Shown here piece by piece: positions 23,094 through 36,915 of a DNA stretch of 64,000 bases. A program made the position numbers and the translations under genes. The DNA comes from Octopus sinensis (Eukaryota), in NCBI RefSeq assembly GCF_006345805.1, contig NC_043011.1:9610001-9674000 (forward strand), read 5' to 3'. The notes beneath the pieces are model-generated. The model saw only the letters and a list, made by a program, of their open reading frames with translations. It was not told the DNA's origin and made no database searches. Positions within the stretch are counted from its first letter, which is position 1, and each line of letters begins with the position of its first letter.

Positions 23094-23807
23094 GCAGAGG
23101 AGAGAGAAAATTAGTTTGACTTTTAAAATTGATTTTCTTTGAAATTCTATATTCTCTTGCTGAAATATATTTCTCAGTTTCTAAATGTCATCTTTGCAAT
23201 CTGCAACACTTCATATTGAATGATTGAATATATTATTACCATCTACAAATACAGCAACAGGTGGCTTGCATGACAAACTACAACAACAACAACACAGGTA
23301 AACACCTGACCAACATAAATAAGACATAATAATAATATAATTAGCAGCAACACAAGAATTACAATAATAATTGGTTTGGTTATTAAAACATTGAAGAATT
23401 TTCTTTTATTCAAATTGTTTTGTTGTTCTGTATTTGATCTGTTTCTAAGATTGTTGAAGATTATATTTACATTTTCTATCACATGGCACTGGTATGAAAT
23501 ATGGAATATTTGTGTTGTTGGCGTAAAAACATAAATGACTCGATCAGCACACGTCATTTAACGTTCGTTTGCTGCTATTTCTGAACCTACTCCTGAACTA
23601 AACCGACAATAATTCACTCCAGATACCTCCATGCAGCAATGGGAAATGGGAACAGAATAATGTCGGAAAAGTGGTATCCAAGGGGTCCAAGGGGATTAAG
23701 GTCCTGTGAAATATTGCAGAAGAGCTATGCGTTAATAATGATGTGTGAATCACAGATTTCCTCCTGACCGCTTGATCATCTCCTCTACCCCCCACCCCAC
23801 CCCGTAT

Positions 23808-24028
23808 TAAGCTGGCAGAATTGTTAGCATGTCAGACAAAATTCTTCATGGCATTTCCTTTGGCTCTTCACCCTATGAGTTCAAATTCTGCCCAGGTCAA
23901 GTTTGCTTTTCATCCTTTCAAGGTTGATGAAATAAAGCACCAGTCAAGTATTGGCATCAGTGTAACCGACATGACCCCCCTTCGGCCTAAAAATTGCTGG
24001 CCTTGTAATATGGAAGTTAGAAAGAAGC
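23808..24028 (+). mobile_element. SINE family A
   Basis: Head, core and (ATT)n tail present. Confidence 0.85.
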
Positions 24029-24181
24029 ATATTATTATTATCATTATTATTATTATTATTATTATAATCATTGCTAAAATGGTAATTAGCCTGTCTTTTC
24101 AGTCAGATGTTACAAAGATCTGCTGCAAAGCTCCTACGGCATCCTTGCTGAACCTCAGACTCTGACTTTATCCTGACTCAC

Positions 24182-24210
24182 CTTCTGTCAGCCCCAGGGT
24201 CCACAGACAA
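24182..24210 (-). CDS. Candidate 29-nt exon
   Basis: Strong AAG/gtgagt donor, ctattaactcag acceptor. Confidence 0.2.
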
Positions 24211-24270
24211 CTGAGTTAATAGTCCATACCAAGCAACTCACTGACACTCCACAGTAAAATATATATTTAT

Positions 24271-24503
24271 TTCTTTATTACCCACACGGGGCTAAACATA
24301 GAGAGGTGGGGGGGGGAAACAAGAACAAAGGGATTAAGTTGATTACATCGACCCCAGTGTGTAACTGGTACTTATTTAATCGACCCCGAAAGGATGAAAA
24401 GCAAAGTCGACCTCGGCAGAATTTGAACTCAGAACATAATGGCAGATGAAATACCGCTAAGCATTTTACCCAGCTTGCTAACAATTCTGCCAGCTTACCA
24501 CCC
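24271..24503 (-). mobile_element. SINE family A, well preserved (CpGs retained)
   Basis: tcgaccccgaaaggatgaaaagcaaagtcgacctcggcagaatttgaactcag. Confidence 0.9.
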
Positions 24504-24562
24504 TAAATACAATATGTATTAATGCGCGCACATGCACACACACACACGCATGCACACACATG

Positions 24563-24594
<32 letters not shown>

Positions 24595-25140
24595 TAAGCC
24601 TGTTTGCAGCCGAGACATCTCCACCATCCTCTGTAGATTTAATATCATCTCCAAATCATAACACCCTATGATGTCATGTAATTGGAGTTACAGAATAGCT
24701 TGGAGAGGATTTAGCAAGTTATACTGCAAGACAATCCAAACACACTACAGCAGCTAATCTATTTTTTGGGTTTGTTGTTTTGTTAGGAAATGTGTTGAAG
24801 TAGGAGAAGGGATTTTTGAATTCCTTAAATCTTGAGCAGAATTTAGGTAACAAATATTGATGATTTACCTGTAACTTTATTATTATTAAAGTACTAATGA
24901 ATTAAACAGGTACGAAGAATGTAATGACAAATGCACGATTTCAGGAAGATGGTAACGAATATTAATTGCTTGAAATACCAGAAATATCAGGAAGTTCCCC
25001 TCACAGAATTCTAAACAGAGACAGGTACATTACTATGACTGCTGTTGTTGCTGGAATTGTAATTTCCTTCAGTTTTCCAAATGTTGACTTCTGTCAGTTT
25101 GTCTGAAATATCACAGCCACAATATTCCATGTTGACTTAC

Positions 25141-25170
25141 GACAGACTGTTGTCTTTTTTGGTGTTGCTC
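25141..25170 (-). CDS. Candidate 30-nt symmetric exon (EQHQKRQQSV in phase 0)
   Basis: ttctgacttcccccag acceptor after a long pyrimidine tract; consensus gtaagt donor; all frames open. Confidence 0.35.
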
Positions 25171-25627
25171 CTGGGGGAAGTCAGAATTGCATGAGAAGTT
25201 GTTCAGGGAATAATGAGAGATGGTACCGAGATGGGTGGGTGAATAGGCAGAAAGGAAAGAATGAAACAGAAGCAGAGAGAAAGAGAAGGAGAGGACAGGA
25301 GAGAGAGAGAGTGGTGGTGGTGGCTGGAATATGAAATATTCAGAAATCAAAGTTAGATTGGGGAAGGGAGTCATTTAATCTTTTCATTGTGATCAATTTG
25401 TATTGATATTGATTTCTTGAATATATGTAAGATTGGGGGTGGGGTATATATGGTCAATTAGTAGAATATCAAACATTTCATCAGTCCATTCTGCTACTTT
25501 CAGTTTTTGTTTTCTCTAAATTTCATTACAAGTTATTATCACCACCATCATCATCATCATTATAATTTTATTATTAAAGTTGGCCTTGAGCCAAAATTTG
25601 AAACTGTTATCTTCATCATCATCATCA

Positions 25628-25691
<64 letters not shown>

Positions 25692-25881
25692 GAAGGTGGC
25701 AAACTGGAGCACACCGGACAAAATGATTAGCAGCATTTCGTCTGCCGCAAAGTTCTGAGTTCACATTCTGCCAAGGTTGACTTTACCTTTCATCCTTTCA
25801 GGGTCGATAAATTAAGTACCAGTAGAGTACTGGGGTTGATGTAATCGACTATCCCCCTCTCTTGTGCCTATAGTAGAAAGG
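25692..25881 (+). mobile_element. SINE family A
   Basis: Core intact; (ATT)n on both sides. Confidence 0.9.
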
Positions 25882-25967
25882 ATTATTATTATTATTATCG
25901 TTATCATTATCATCATCATTATTATCATTATCATTATTATTATTATTATATTATTATTATTATTATT

Positions 25968-26177
25968 AAGGTGGCAAGCTGGCAGAATCGTTATGATATT
26001 AGAGAGAATAGTTTAGCAGCTGTTTTTTGGTTCTTTACATTCTGAGTTAGGTCAGCTTTCCCCTTTTATGCTTCCAAGGTCCATAAACTAAAATACCAGC
26101 CAAGTTCCGGGTTCAATGTAATAATCGACTGATGATTTCACGCCTAAAATTGCTGGCCTTGTGGCAAATTTTGAAAC
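25968..26177 (+). mobile_element. SINE family A (degraded)
   Basis: Head and 3' end recognisable. Confidence 0.75.
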
Positions 26178-26573
26178 TTTTATTGGTACATGTTCCCCAG
26201 ACCCACCCACCCACCCACCCACAAGTAATATCGGTCTTTAGCTTTACATTAATATCACAACCGAAATAACAACAACAACATCAACATCAAGAAGCAGCTG
26301 TGCTGTCAATTCCCACCACACATCAGACGAACGGCAGCAAACAAACTGATTGTGTACAATACACACACAGACACACACACACATATATATATAGAGAGAG
26401 AGAGAAAGAGAGAGAGAGGGTGGAGAGAGAGAGGAGGTGGAGAGAGAGAGCATGTTGCCATGCACGTCTTCATTATTTTCTCATCTTTAGTGCAGTCAAG
26501 TAAATTTATACACACACACAGTGTTTGTGTGTATATACATGCAAAAAACTAAAATCTGCAGTAAAATAAACAA

Positions 26574-26640
<67 letters not shown>

Positions 26641-27029
26641 ATTAATAAAGCTAACCAAAGAAAGACATGTTTTTCTTTCACATTTACAAATTCTAGCAAC
26701 TCTGCTTTGATTCCAAAAATAATAAATATTTTGTGCTTTGTTTCCTGCTCAGATTTGTTTCCAGGAACTTTAGCAAATAACAAAAGAATTCACTGTGAGG
26801 TGTTTTTCACATTTACCATTTCTATGGACTCAGCTTTTAGCTTTCCTCAACCTGATGCTGTTTATTTCAGTTCTGAGAGAAAAAGAAATTTGGAGCCAAA
26901 TATTGCTATGAAATTTAGTTGAAGGTGTTTGTGTGTGTGTGTGTGTATGTGCCTGTTTATTTGTTTGGCTGTCTGTGTCTCTTTCTCCCTTCCCCCATCT
27001 CTCTATCTGTTTATCCTCCCCCTCTTGGT

Positions 27030-27100
27030 CCGTCCGTCCATCCGTCCGTCCGTCCGTCCATCCATCCATCCATCCATCCATCCATCCATCTATCTATCTA

Positions 27101-27133
<33 letters not shown>

Positions 27134-27135
27134 GA
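27030..27135. repeat. Compound tetranucleotide run (CCGT)(CCAT)(CTAT)(CTGT)
   Basis: Direct reading. Confidence 0.95.
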
Positions 27136-27656
27136 CTGACAGAATATCAAATGATGAGCGATGTGTTTGTTTTTTAATAAACATTAGAATTCCCCGCCCA
27201 TTGCCTGCGTGCACACGCATGAAGGCACAGGGCCGAGTGATTTGAATGTTGGGATCTACCCTGGTTAAAGCATGCTAGAAGGAAGAGGAATAGGAAAGAG
27301 TGAATGAGAGTTGAGGGGTAGGAGATATATGGCTATTGCACATTATATAAGGGTGGGTGAGGGGAACTGGGCTGTAGCAGGAGAAGGAGATAACAATGGT
27401 GGTGACGAGGTGTCAGGGTGAGCCTTCAAGGTGCAAGAAGGGTGGACAGGTAGGTTGCCAGTGTGTATGAGGAGTGAGTGAGAGATGATTTAAAATGTGG
27501 GTGGAGATGAATGTAAGGAATGGTGGGCAAGAGTGGACGGGTGGTCAAAGGTATCTGAAGTAACAACATTAAAACTGACAATAAAGTAAAAAAGGGAAAC
27601 ACTGTTGCCCTGGTGATGCGAATCAACAACTGCTTTTACTTTAGATTATTATTATT

Positions 27657-28119
27657 GAGTGAAAGGGCAGTGGATGCCATCAAGGTGACACTGCGGTACA
27701 AATATACAAAGCCCAGTATACCCATCATGACAACCCGTCTGATAAGGGTACACTAGGCACATGCATCACAACCATATGTGTGCGACATGGTGATCTCATA
27801 TCAAGATAAACAGCACATGACCTTGCAGGTGGGGCCCAGTTAGAATTTTCTTCTTGTCGAGTAACCCATCCTGCTCAAAAGGTCCCTGAATAAGGGTTGC
27901 TTTAGGATGTTGGACGAAACACCCATGTTTCCAGAAGTGAAATATTCAAACCCCAAAGAATCCCTCTCAACACATGGCTATGATGCCCCCCCCCACTACT
28001 TCTGCTCATCCATCAGAAATGCACATATTGTCTGCCACTAAGGGACATGCTCAACTGGTTAAGGTCAGACAACTGACAATCTGTGGTTTTGAGCAGAATA
28101 TTTGCTGTAGCCCATCTTT
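27657..28119 (+). mobile_element. Interspersed repeat family B (~460-500 bp, SINE-like)
   Basis: Reverse complement of 42608-43104 and 37017-37490; ATT flanks. Confidence 0.9.
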
Positions 28120-29345
28120 ATTATTATCATTATTACTATTATTATTATTATTAGTTGTAGCAGTAGTAAATTGGGCAGTTGGCTGAATCATTAAGAACAT
28201 GCCTCATGTTATTTGTTACAACTCAGTATTCTGAGTTCAGATCCTGCTACGGCCAACCTTGTTGTCTCTCTGTCGTTGATTATATAAAATACTGTTGGCT
28301 TTGTATCTAAATTAGAAAACCCTGCTTATTATTATGAGAGAGGGGGAGAGAAAGAACTGGAGAGCTGTTGTGAAAGGGAGAGCAAGGTGATTAAAGGGAC
28401 CCACCATCACCACCACCACCGCTCCGAATGGTTCCGCTTTATTTAAATGCTTTGATGAGAAATGATTTTGAAAAAGTTGAAAATTGTGTGAGGAGGTAAC
28501 AAAAAAGGAAAAAGAAAGAAGAAAAACCTCTTTCGATAATCAATGATGTGGGATGTAGGTCAAAGGATGAAAGAGAGGAGAGAGAGAGATACACCTGAAG
28601 AGTGTTTGGAAACTTACAATGGCCAACACTACCAGGGCAACCACTGCTACTGTGACCAGCACCACCACTACGGTCAACCCCCCCACACCACCAGTCCACC
28701 CCTACCCCCACAACATCTTAAAGAGATTGGCAAAACAACTAAACCAATCAATATCTTGTTAGTTTAATGCTTCCTAATTCTTCTTGTTTCATCTACAACA
28801 ACAACAACAACAACAACAACACCACCAATTCAATCACTTTTAATCGATTTATGCTATGCAGATCAATAAGATTTGTCCGACAGCCAACATGGAGATTTTT
28901 CGAAAGGTAAACAACAAAAGAAATTGACAAATGAACACAAATAACAACAATGTAAATAACAACAACAACAACAAGAAAACAACAAAGTGGCATTATATAC
29001 AATAATAATAAGTCCGAATGTGTAGAGCTAATTCAGACTGTTTTCCATTGATTTACGGATATGAATATAGAGACTTACACACACACACACACACACACAG
29101 AGTTAAAAACACAGACACAAACACACACAGACATTTACACATAGAACCATAGACTGAAACCCATTCAGAAACCCATTCATGGGATATAAACAGATATAAA
29201 CATAGATACTTGCATTTACAGATATTTACACATACAAATGCATACATACTAACAAAGATATATATATACACATACAATCACATTTACACCCAAAAGGATA
29301 TATATATATAAACACATGCACAATATTTTACACATACACAGATAT

Positions 29346-29530
29346 CTTCTATCTTTTACTTGTTACAATTATTATGCTGAGGCCATGCTGGGGCACTGTC
29401 TTGAAATTTTAATTAAGTGAATTGACCCCCAGTGCTTATTTTTTGAAAGCCTACTCTCATTTGTCAAACTAAAGGATGTAAACATCTCAACACTGGTTTT
29501 TCAAGCAATGGTGGGGACAGAGACACAAAG
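29346..29530 (-). mobile_element. SINE family D, 3' half
   Basis: cttttacttgtt..ggccatgctggggcac..ggatgtaaaca similar to 58648-58850. Confidence 0.7.
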
Positions 29531-29541
29531 ATACATATATA

Positions 29542-30786
29542 TCATCATCATCATCGTTTGACGTCCACTTTCCATGCTGGCATAGGTTGGACGATTTGAC
29601 TGAAGACTGGTGAACCAGATGGCTGCACCAGGATCCAATCTGATCTGGCAGAGTTTCAACAGCAGGATGCCCTTCCTAACGCCAACCACTCTGAGAGTGT
29701 AGTGGGTGCTTTTATGTGCCACTGGCACAAGGGCCAGTCAGCCGGTTCTGGCAACAACCATGCTCAATAGGTGTTTTTCACCTGCCACCTGCACAGGAGG
29801 TGCTGGCAACAACCTCACTCGAATATTGTTTTTCACATGCCAGTAAGGCAATGCTGATAATGATCACACTCGAATGGTGCTTTTTATGTACCACCAGCAC
29901 GGGAGCCAGTCAGCAGCCCTGGCAGTGATCATGCTTGGATGGTGCTCTTAACGTTCCACTAGCATGGATACCAGTCAGGCAGTGCTGCCATTGGCCATGT
30001 CAGCGAATTTGATTTCAATGTCACTTGCCTCAACAGGTCTTCGCAACCAGAGTTTAGTGTCCAATAAAAAGAAAGTTACACATAAGTGGGCTGGTTACAC
30101 CCCTGGCATAGGCCATGGGTTATGGTCTCACTTGGCTTGCCGGGTCTTCTCAAGCACAGCATATTTCCAAAGGTCTCAGTCACTAGTCATTGCCTCGGTG
30201 AGTCCTAATTTTTGAAGGCTATGCTTCACCACCTCATCCCAGGTCTTCCTGGGTCTATCTCTTCCACAGGTTCCCTCAACTGTTAGGGTGTGACACTTTT
30301 TCACACAGCTATCCTCATCCATTCTCACCACATTACCATACCTGTGCACATCTGATGCTTCTAAGGTCCAACTTTTCTCTCAAGGCACTTACACTCTGTC
30401 GAGTATGCACATCCATTACACATCCATCGGATCATACTGGCTTCATTCCTTGCAAGCTTACGCATGTCCTCAGCAGTCACAGTCCATGTTTCACTGCCAT
30501 GTAGCATGGCTGTTCCTACACATGCACCATACAATCTACCTTTTACTCTGAGCAAGAGGCCCTTTGTCACCAGAAAAGGTGGGAGCTCTCTGAACTTTGC
30601 CCAGGCTACTCTTATTCTAGCAGCTACACTTTCAGAGCATTTCCCCCGCTACTGACTTGGTCACCTAGATAACAGAAGCTGTCAACTACTTTGTAGTGTT
30701 TCGCTATGGAGTGTAGCAGAAATTGTTCTCTGCACATTTTCAGTGTTTATTGCTCCTGAGCATCTGCCACATAAAAAAACTATCTT
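29542..30786 (-). mobile_element. RTE LINE 3' part (ORF2 C-terminus, 3' UTR with ~55-60-bp repeats, GAT tail)
   Basis: TKGLLLRVKGRLYGACVGTAMLHGSETWTVTAEDMRKLARNEASMIRWMC is a classic RTE post-RT motif; homologous to 60755-61726. Confidence 0.92.
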
Positions 30787-31575
30787 TTTGCCGTTCCAGT
30801 TTTAGTTTGGATTTCAGCTGTTATACAGCTTTCTTCTTTTTCTTCATAGTTGTTAGGTACTATGACTTCTTTTTTGTATTTGTCAGCTTCCTTAAAGACA
30901 GAAAACAGTTTTTTGTTTTGCTCATCTTTTGTGGCTCTTTGTATTAGTTTTCCTTGCTTCTGAAGTGGGTATGCGTGTAATATTATGATCGATATTTTAT
31001 AATAGTTTTCTAGCTGTATCAGGCCTCTACCACCTTCAATACGTTGTACGTATAACCTTTCTATGTTAGATTTTGGGTGGTGCATCCTAAATTCAGTCAT
31101 TATTATTTTCTTTTTGTTGTTTTCCTGTCCATTTTGATCAGTTCATTTTGAATATTGTAGCTGTAACTTATAACTGGGACAGCTAAAGTGTTGATACCTA
31201 TCATCTTGTTTTTCGCATTGAGCTCTCTTTTCAGTATTAATCTAACTCGTCTACAGTATCCTTTTTTATCTTCTCTTTCATTTGTGTGTGTTGTATCATA
31301 TCTAATTCATTGATTCCTAAATATTTGTATGTCTGGCTTTGGTCTAATTCTCTTATTTCCTTTGCTTTATCTAGTATGATGTTGCTACTCTTAACTCGTT
31401 TTCCTCTTTTCGAGGTTGCTTTGGCACACTTTTCTAAGTCAAATTTCATGTTTATTTCTTTGGTAAATCCATGTACAGTCTGTAGTAATGTTTCCAACTG
31501 TTTATCATTTGTAGCGTACAGTTTTAGGTCATTCATATACAAGAAATGGCTGATTGTTTTGCCGTAACAGTTGTA
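30780..31575 (-). mobile_element. R4/Dong-clade LINE RT fragment
   Basis: ISHFLYMNDLKL (YMDD-like), KFDLEKCAK, YKYLGI and HHPKSNIERLYVQRIEGGRGLIQL; homologous to 55178-55900. Confidence 0.88.
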
Positions 31576-31686
31576 TCCACATCCAGTTCGTTTTAACGTC
31601 AGATAAAGGTATCAGTGCCAAGCAGAAAAGGAGTGGAGAGAGCATGTATCATTGTTATTATTATTAGTAGTAGTACTGTTATTATC

Positions 31687-31910
31687 AAGGCGGCAAGCTG
31701 GTAGAATCATTGGTATGTCAGGCAAAATGGTTAACGGTATTTCACCCATCGCTACGTTCTGAGTTCGAATTCCGCTGAGGCTGACTTTACCTTTCATCCT
31801 TTTCAGGTTGGTAGAATAAGTACCAGAAGTACCAGTTGAACACTGGGGTCAATGTAATCGACTCATCCCCCCACCCTCAAAATTGCAGCCCTTTTGGCAA
31901 AATTTGAAAC
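31687..31910 (+). mobile_element. SINE family A
   Basis: Head, core and ATT tail. Confidence 0.85.
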
Positions 31911-31921
31911 TATTGCTATTA

Positions 31922-31967
<46 letters not shown>

Positions 31968-33223
31968 CATTGAGTTGAAGTGAAATATATTGGTACAGGT
32001 AGACAGCAGGTGAAGGTTCTGCAGCTATTTTAAAGTTCATCTCATGGTTCAATATCCAGTTTACTTGGCTAACTCTATTTTATTCAAGCCATTTCTGTGA
32101 TTCTCATGTTTATGAACTGGTCTGTCCACTGAGTAGGTGTTCTCTAACTGACCACACATTAACAGGTCTGTCCACAGAGTATATCCATTACATTATGTTC
32201 TGACTGACCACAAAGTAACTTTACTGTCCACCATATTATATCAAACCTGAGCAAAGTGACTAATAACACTAAAGGTATTTAACTTGTCTCTAATTAGTCT
32301 TTAGAGTCTCCCTGTCTTAGCAGCGAATCCCTCTCCACGTTGTACAGGCAGACAATAACTTGTTGGAGACAAAAGCAAAGGAGGTGAATATCTGTTTGTC
32401 ACATCATGTGTGTGTGTGTGTGTGTGTGTATGCAATGTTGTCTAGTCTTTATATATATATATATATTGTCAGCAGGGTGCCATAAATTCAGCTCAAATAA
32501 TTCAAAGCCGAACAAAAGTCCTCTCAAACAAAGCAGGCAGCATTTGTTTGAAAAGGTCGTCGGTTTCTGTTGGGATGGGGTTTAGTGATAATTAAATTAA
32601 GCAGAATATATTAGAAGTGAAAGAGAGAGGAAATTAAATTAGAAGACAATACAGAAATACTTATGATGAAGATTGTCTGAAACTATTGTTAGGGTCTATT
32701 TAATTAGGTTATCATCTAGAGTGACCTTTTAATTAACTTCTTTTTAAGCTGATTGCTTCATTGATTACAGTCGCTTTTTTTTTTATTGAATTTGGATACA
32801 AAATTGGAAATTCTTTGTTCTGTTGGCCAAAGAGTTGTGGTTCTTATTGATCACCAGAAGGAATAATATAAAAGTCCCCTGGTCGAGACAGGCTGAATAT
32901 TTTGAGGTGGTGGTTGTGGTGGTGGTGGTGGTGGTGGTGTGTGTGTGAGGGGGTGGTGTGTGTGTGTGTGAGGGGGTGGGTTGCATATTATTTGAATTTT
33001 TAAACTATAATGGTCTTTGATTTGCATAATAATATGAACAACTAGTGATTCATGCAAAGAGGAAAGAATGTGATTGGTGAACCCCCACCCCCACAAACAG
33101 TACAAGTTTCACTGTATTTGTGTATGGTTTTCTTTCTATGTCTGCACCAACCCCCTCCATCACCATTATATCAATAAATCAGACACTCTTTGTTACATTA
33201 CATTACCATACCTATGTGTGTGC

Positions 33224-33261
<38 letters not shown>

Positions 33262-34324
33262 AAGAAATTATATTTGTCAGTCTTCGAAATCCTACGCACT
33301 CATGGATGTATATAAGTAGAACTCATTAAACCCCCACTAACACGCTTCCCAACTCTTTATTGTATTTTGAAAATTAGGAAAAGCAATTTCTTTCCATGTA
33401 TTTGTGGTTTATCTTGGTAAATTAGGATTTTACCTTAATTTAATTTTGGATAAATAAATTTACTTTGTTAATTACAAACTATTCAATAAAATTTAAATTA
33501 TATTTCAGTTCTGCATGTGTCGAGAACATGAAGTGTTTGTCTTGAAATCTTTGTTTTGTTGAAAGACTGATGTCATTTTTGGTGCGGTGCTCCATCACGT
33601 TTTGGTTGTCCCTCCCAGTGAATGTCAGGTACATGATCAGGTGTTCAATATTGTCATTATGTGGCATCCTTGGGGTGAAAGCTAATTGGGAACCCTTCAA
33701 TATTCTACTAAGAAATACTACCTGGAACCACAATAATGACCCCAGACAAAAGTAAAGGAGCCTCAACTCTCAAGAACTGAGACAATTAAAACCAAACATG
33801 GTGAATCATTATTTCAGCATTAAACTTTCTCAGAATGTAAAGACAGACAAAATGCTTGGCAGCATTTTGGCCAGTGTGAGTAATGGATGTACCAGGGAGT
33901 CACTTCATTTCTTACCATGGAATATCAACAAAATACTGGGAGTCCCCATGTTATGCCTGTGGTGGCTGCATTTCTGTGGTGGCTGCATTTTAACCCTTAA
34001 ACATTCCCCTTACTCTCTCAAATGTAATGTTTATTTATTCACATTGTTTTCAACTAATTATTTATTATCTTTTAGCATTGAGATTTTGATAAAGATGATG
34101 ATGATGATGATATATTTGGGCCAGAAATGGCTGGATTGAATATGAAAGGGTCAAAGAACTAAAGTGAAACAAATTTAGCTCAGCAAATGGTAAATAACAG
34201 ACTGGACAGTGAGGTGTTGTTAGGAGTCAGTTTGGTAATGGTTAAAAGAAAATTCCAGCACAATACATTCGTTTGGATGCTTACATCCTTCAAACAATGT
34301 AGCTCTATTTGAAGTACTAATTAC

Positions 34325-34357
<33 letters not shown>

Positions 34358-34363
<6 letters not shown>

Positions 34364-34571
34364 GTATATTTGCCACTTAAATGTGGCTAACCACTAAGGG
34401 TGGATGCTACTGTAGCTTGTTGCCTCAGGAGAACATCTTCTCCAGCAAATACTAATAGGGCACAGAAAGTGTGTCAATAGCCAGCTGGAGGAGGTGTCTC
34501 CTGGGGCTACAAGCTACAGTAGCATCCACCCTTAGTGGTTAGCCACATTTAAGTGTCAAATATACTTCACA
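34358..34571. mobile_element. MITE-like fold-back element with ~88-bp inverted arms
   Basis: Arms 34358-34446 and 34484-34571; 5 mismatches plus 1 indel; 47-bp perfect core. Confidence 0.85.
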
Positions 34572-34729
34572 TTGTCATGCAGCTACTGTTTATACCTCGT
34601 TCAGAGATTTATTATATATTAAAAGCACGAGTCAGTATCTTCTGAGTGACAAGCTTATGTGATTCCATACACCTCTACATCATCATCCTTTAATGTCCGT
34701 CATTACGGCTTTTAGTAATGCCATAAGTC

Positions 34730-34770
<41 letters not shown>

Positions 34771-34936
34771 CCTTTCTGAAAAAGGCACAAGACTGGAAAT
34801 TTGTGGAGAAGGGACCAGTTGATTACATCCACCCCAGGATTTTTCACTGGTACTTAATTTATTGACCCTGAAAAGATGAAAGGCAAAATCGACCCCGTCA
34901 GCATTTGAACTCACAACATAAAGTCAGAAGAAATGT
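34771..34936 (-). mobile_element. SINE family A
   Basis: Core and AAT flank. Confidence 0.8.
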
Positions 34937-34956
34937 ATCATAATAATAATAATAGT

Positions 34957-34991
<35 letters not shown>

Positions 34992-35187
34992 TAGATAAAT
35001 AGGTAGATATATCATTTAGGCTAATCTAGTTGCCTGTTACTCTGGGCTTTCCCTAACAGGTGGCCAGTTCCTCAGATGAGATGTGAGAGCAACTAGAGCA
35101 ACTCCCACCCCACCAAAATAGCCGAGATAAATTACTACACTCTACTACAGTGTTGTGAGCCTTTTTCCCTATTCATTAAAACCAATG

Positions 35188-35223
<36 letters not shown>

Positions 35224-36159
35224 TGTAAAGCTATTGTCAACAGAGAAATCAACCGTCCCCTTTCCTCTCGTTAATACTTTGGTTTATTACCATTTGACTG
35301 CAGGCATTTTGCCATCTTTTCTTTCTGATTAGACAACCTTACACATCAACCACATTTTTATAATAAACACACACACACACACACACATTGCATAACCACC
35401 ATTGTGTGATTTAAACAGAGTAAGTGTTTTGCATCAAGTCACAATTTGGTAGTCAAACTCCTTCAGCTTTTGCAGAGCTGAACACTTTTAATTTTCTAAT
35501 TTGCAGGTTAATTAGATACAGCTTTTGAAAGCAACCATTTGTAAACCCTTGCTTTAATGTTACAGCCCCATATTGTAGATGTTGATACATAACACAGACT
35601 AAGAATGAATATAGCAGTGCATATGTTTCTTAAATGGTGATAATGACTCTACCATATTCGAGTAAAGCTTAGGCCACCAGCACCATTGATGGTGTTTGAA
35701 CCATTTATTTGCCTCTTTCAAGTTGACAATGTTATTAATTATACAACAGAATGCCAATTAATGCAACTAGCAGTTGCTCCCCTTTTAATGGTTTTATTAT
35801 ATCTTGACAATATAAACTGCTGCAGACATAATGCATGGTTGCCCCAGCAGGGCCAGCTTGTGATACTTTCCTGCCACGAGTCAAGGTTTATGATGTTCAA
35901 TATGTTTTATTACAGTAAAACTTTAGATTCCATTAACTTAAAGATGTTCAAAGTGGTGGACTGTGAGAAAGAAGTGTTATATAGAGTGGTGAAAACAGAT
36001 CTAAATTAGCTGAATCATAATGTGCTGTAAGGAATAGGGACCTGGGGAAGTACAAGGTAGCACTCATGTATATTAGATGGAAATTAATTACCTTATTTAG
36101 ATTGCTAACAGCAACAGTAACAACAACAACATCAAGTGGGCACCAAGCCAGTTCAACAC

Positions 36160-36190
<31 letters not shown>

Positions 36191-36509
36191 AATATATGTA
36201 AGGCTGTATAAACTAGTAAAGAAGCCAGGTTGAGAAATATATTGGATTTTGTTATTGATTCACTTTTTCGCAAGACATTGATCTATTTTACAATAGTAGT
36301 AGTAGTAGTAGTAGTAGTAGTAACAGCAGCAGCAGTGTTGTTGTGGGTAGAGGTGATGGTGGTGGTGGTGGTGGTGCTATGAACAACACAAAGTAAAAGG
36401 AAGAGCAATGAAGAAGACCAAAGATGGAAGAGATTTCAATATTGTTTGTGATGCTGACTTGCAATGTGGAAAGGATTGCTGAGGCAGCATTTCAGTAACT
36501 ACGTATGTT

Positions 36510-36544
<35 letters not shown>

Positions 36545-36814
36545 AATTGTAAGGTTTCTCAAACTTTTCCGATGTCTTTTTGTTCCTTTCATAAGAAACA
36601 CATACATAATCATAATCATCGTCATCATCGTCATCAATGACATCAACAGCAACAGCAGTAACAACCAAACAGAAAGTGATGCTGCACAGCCTTTGGGAAG
36701 ATGGAGGCAACACTTGGTGGGGCAGAACTCATGGAACTGTTTTAATAAGAACTACCACAAATTTTGGCACAAAGCCAGCAAGTTCAGAGGAGGGAGCTAG
36801 TCGATTGTTTGGCC

Positions 36815-36914
36815 TTAGCCAGTTGAGCATGTCCCTTGGTGTGCATCCCTGATCATGAGCAGAAGTAGTGGGGGAGCATCATAGCCAAGTGTTGAGAGGA
36901 ATTCTTTGGAGTTG
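36815..36914 (-). mobile_element. Family B fragment
   Basis: ccagttgagcatgtccctt..gagcagaagtagtggggagcatcatagcc. Confidence 0.75.
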
Positions 36915-36915
36915 C

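Noticed and set aside
33479-33766. 95-aa non-repeat minus-strand ORF
   Set aside because: No recognisable motif or donor; cannot be distinguished from a chance ORF or TE debris
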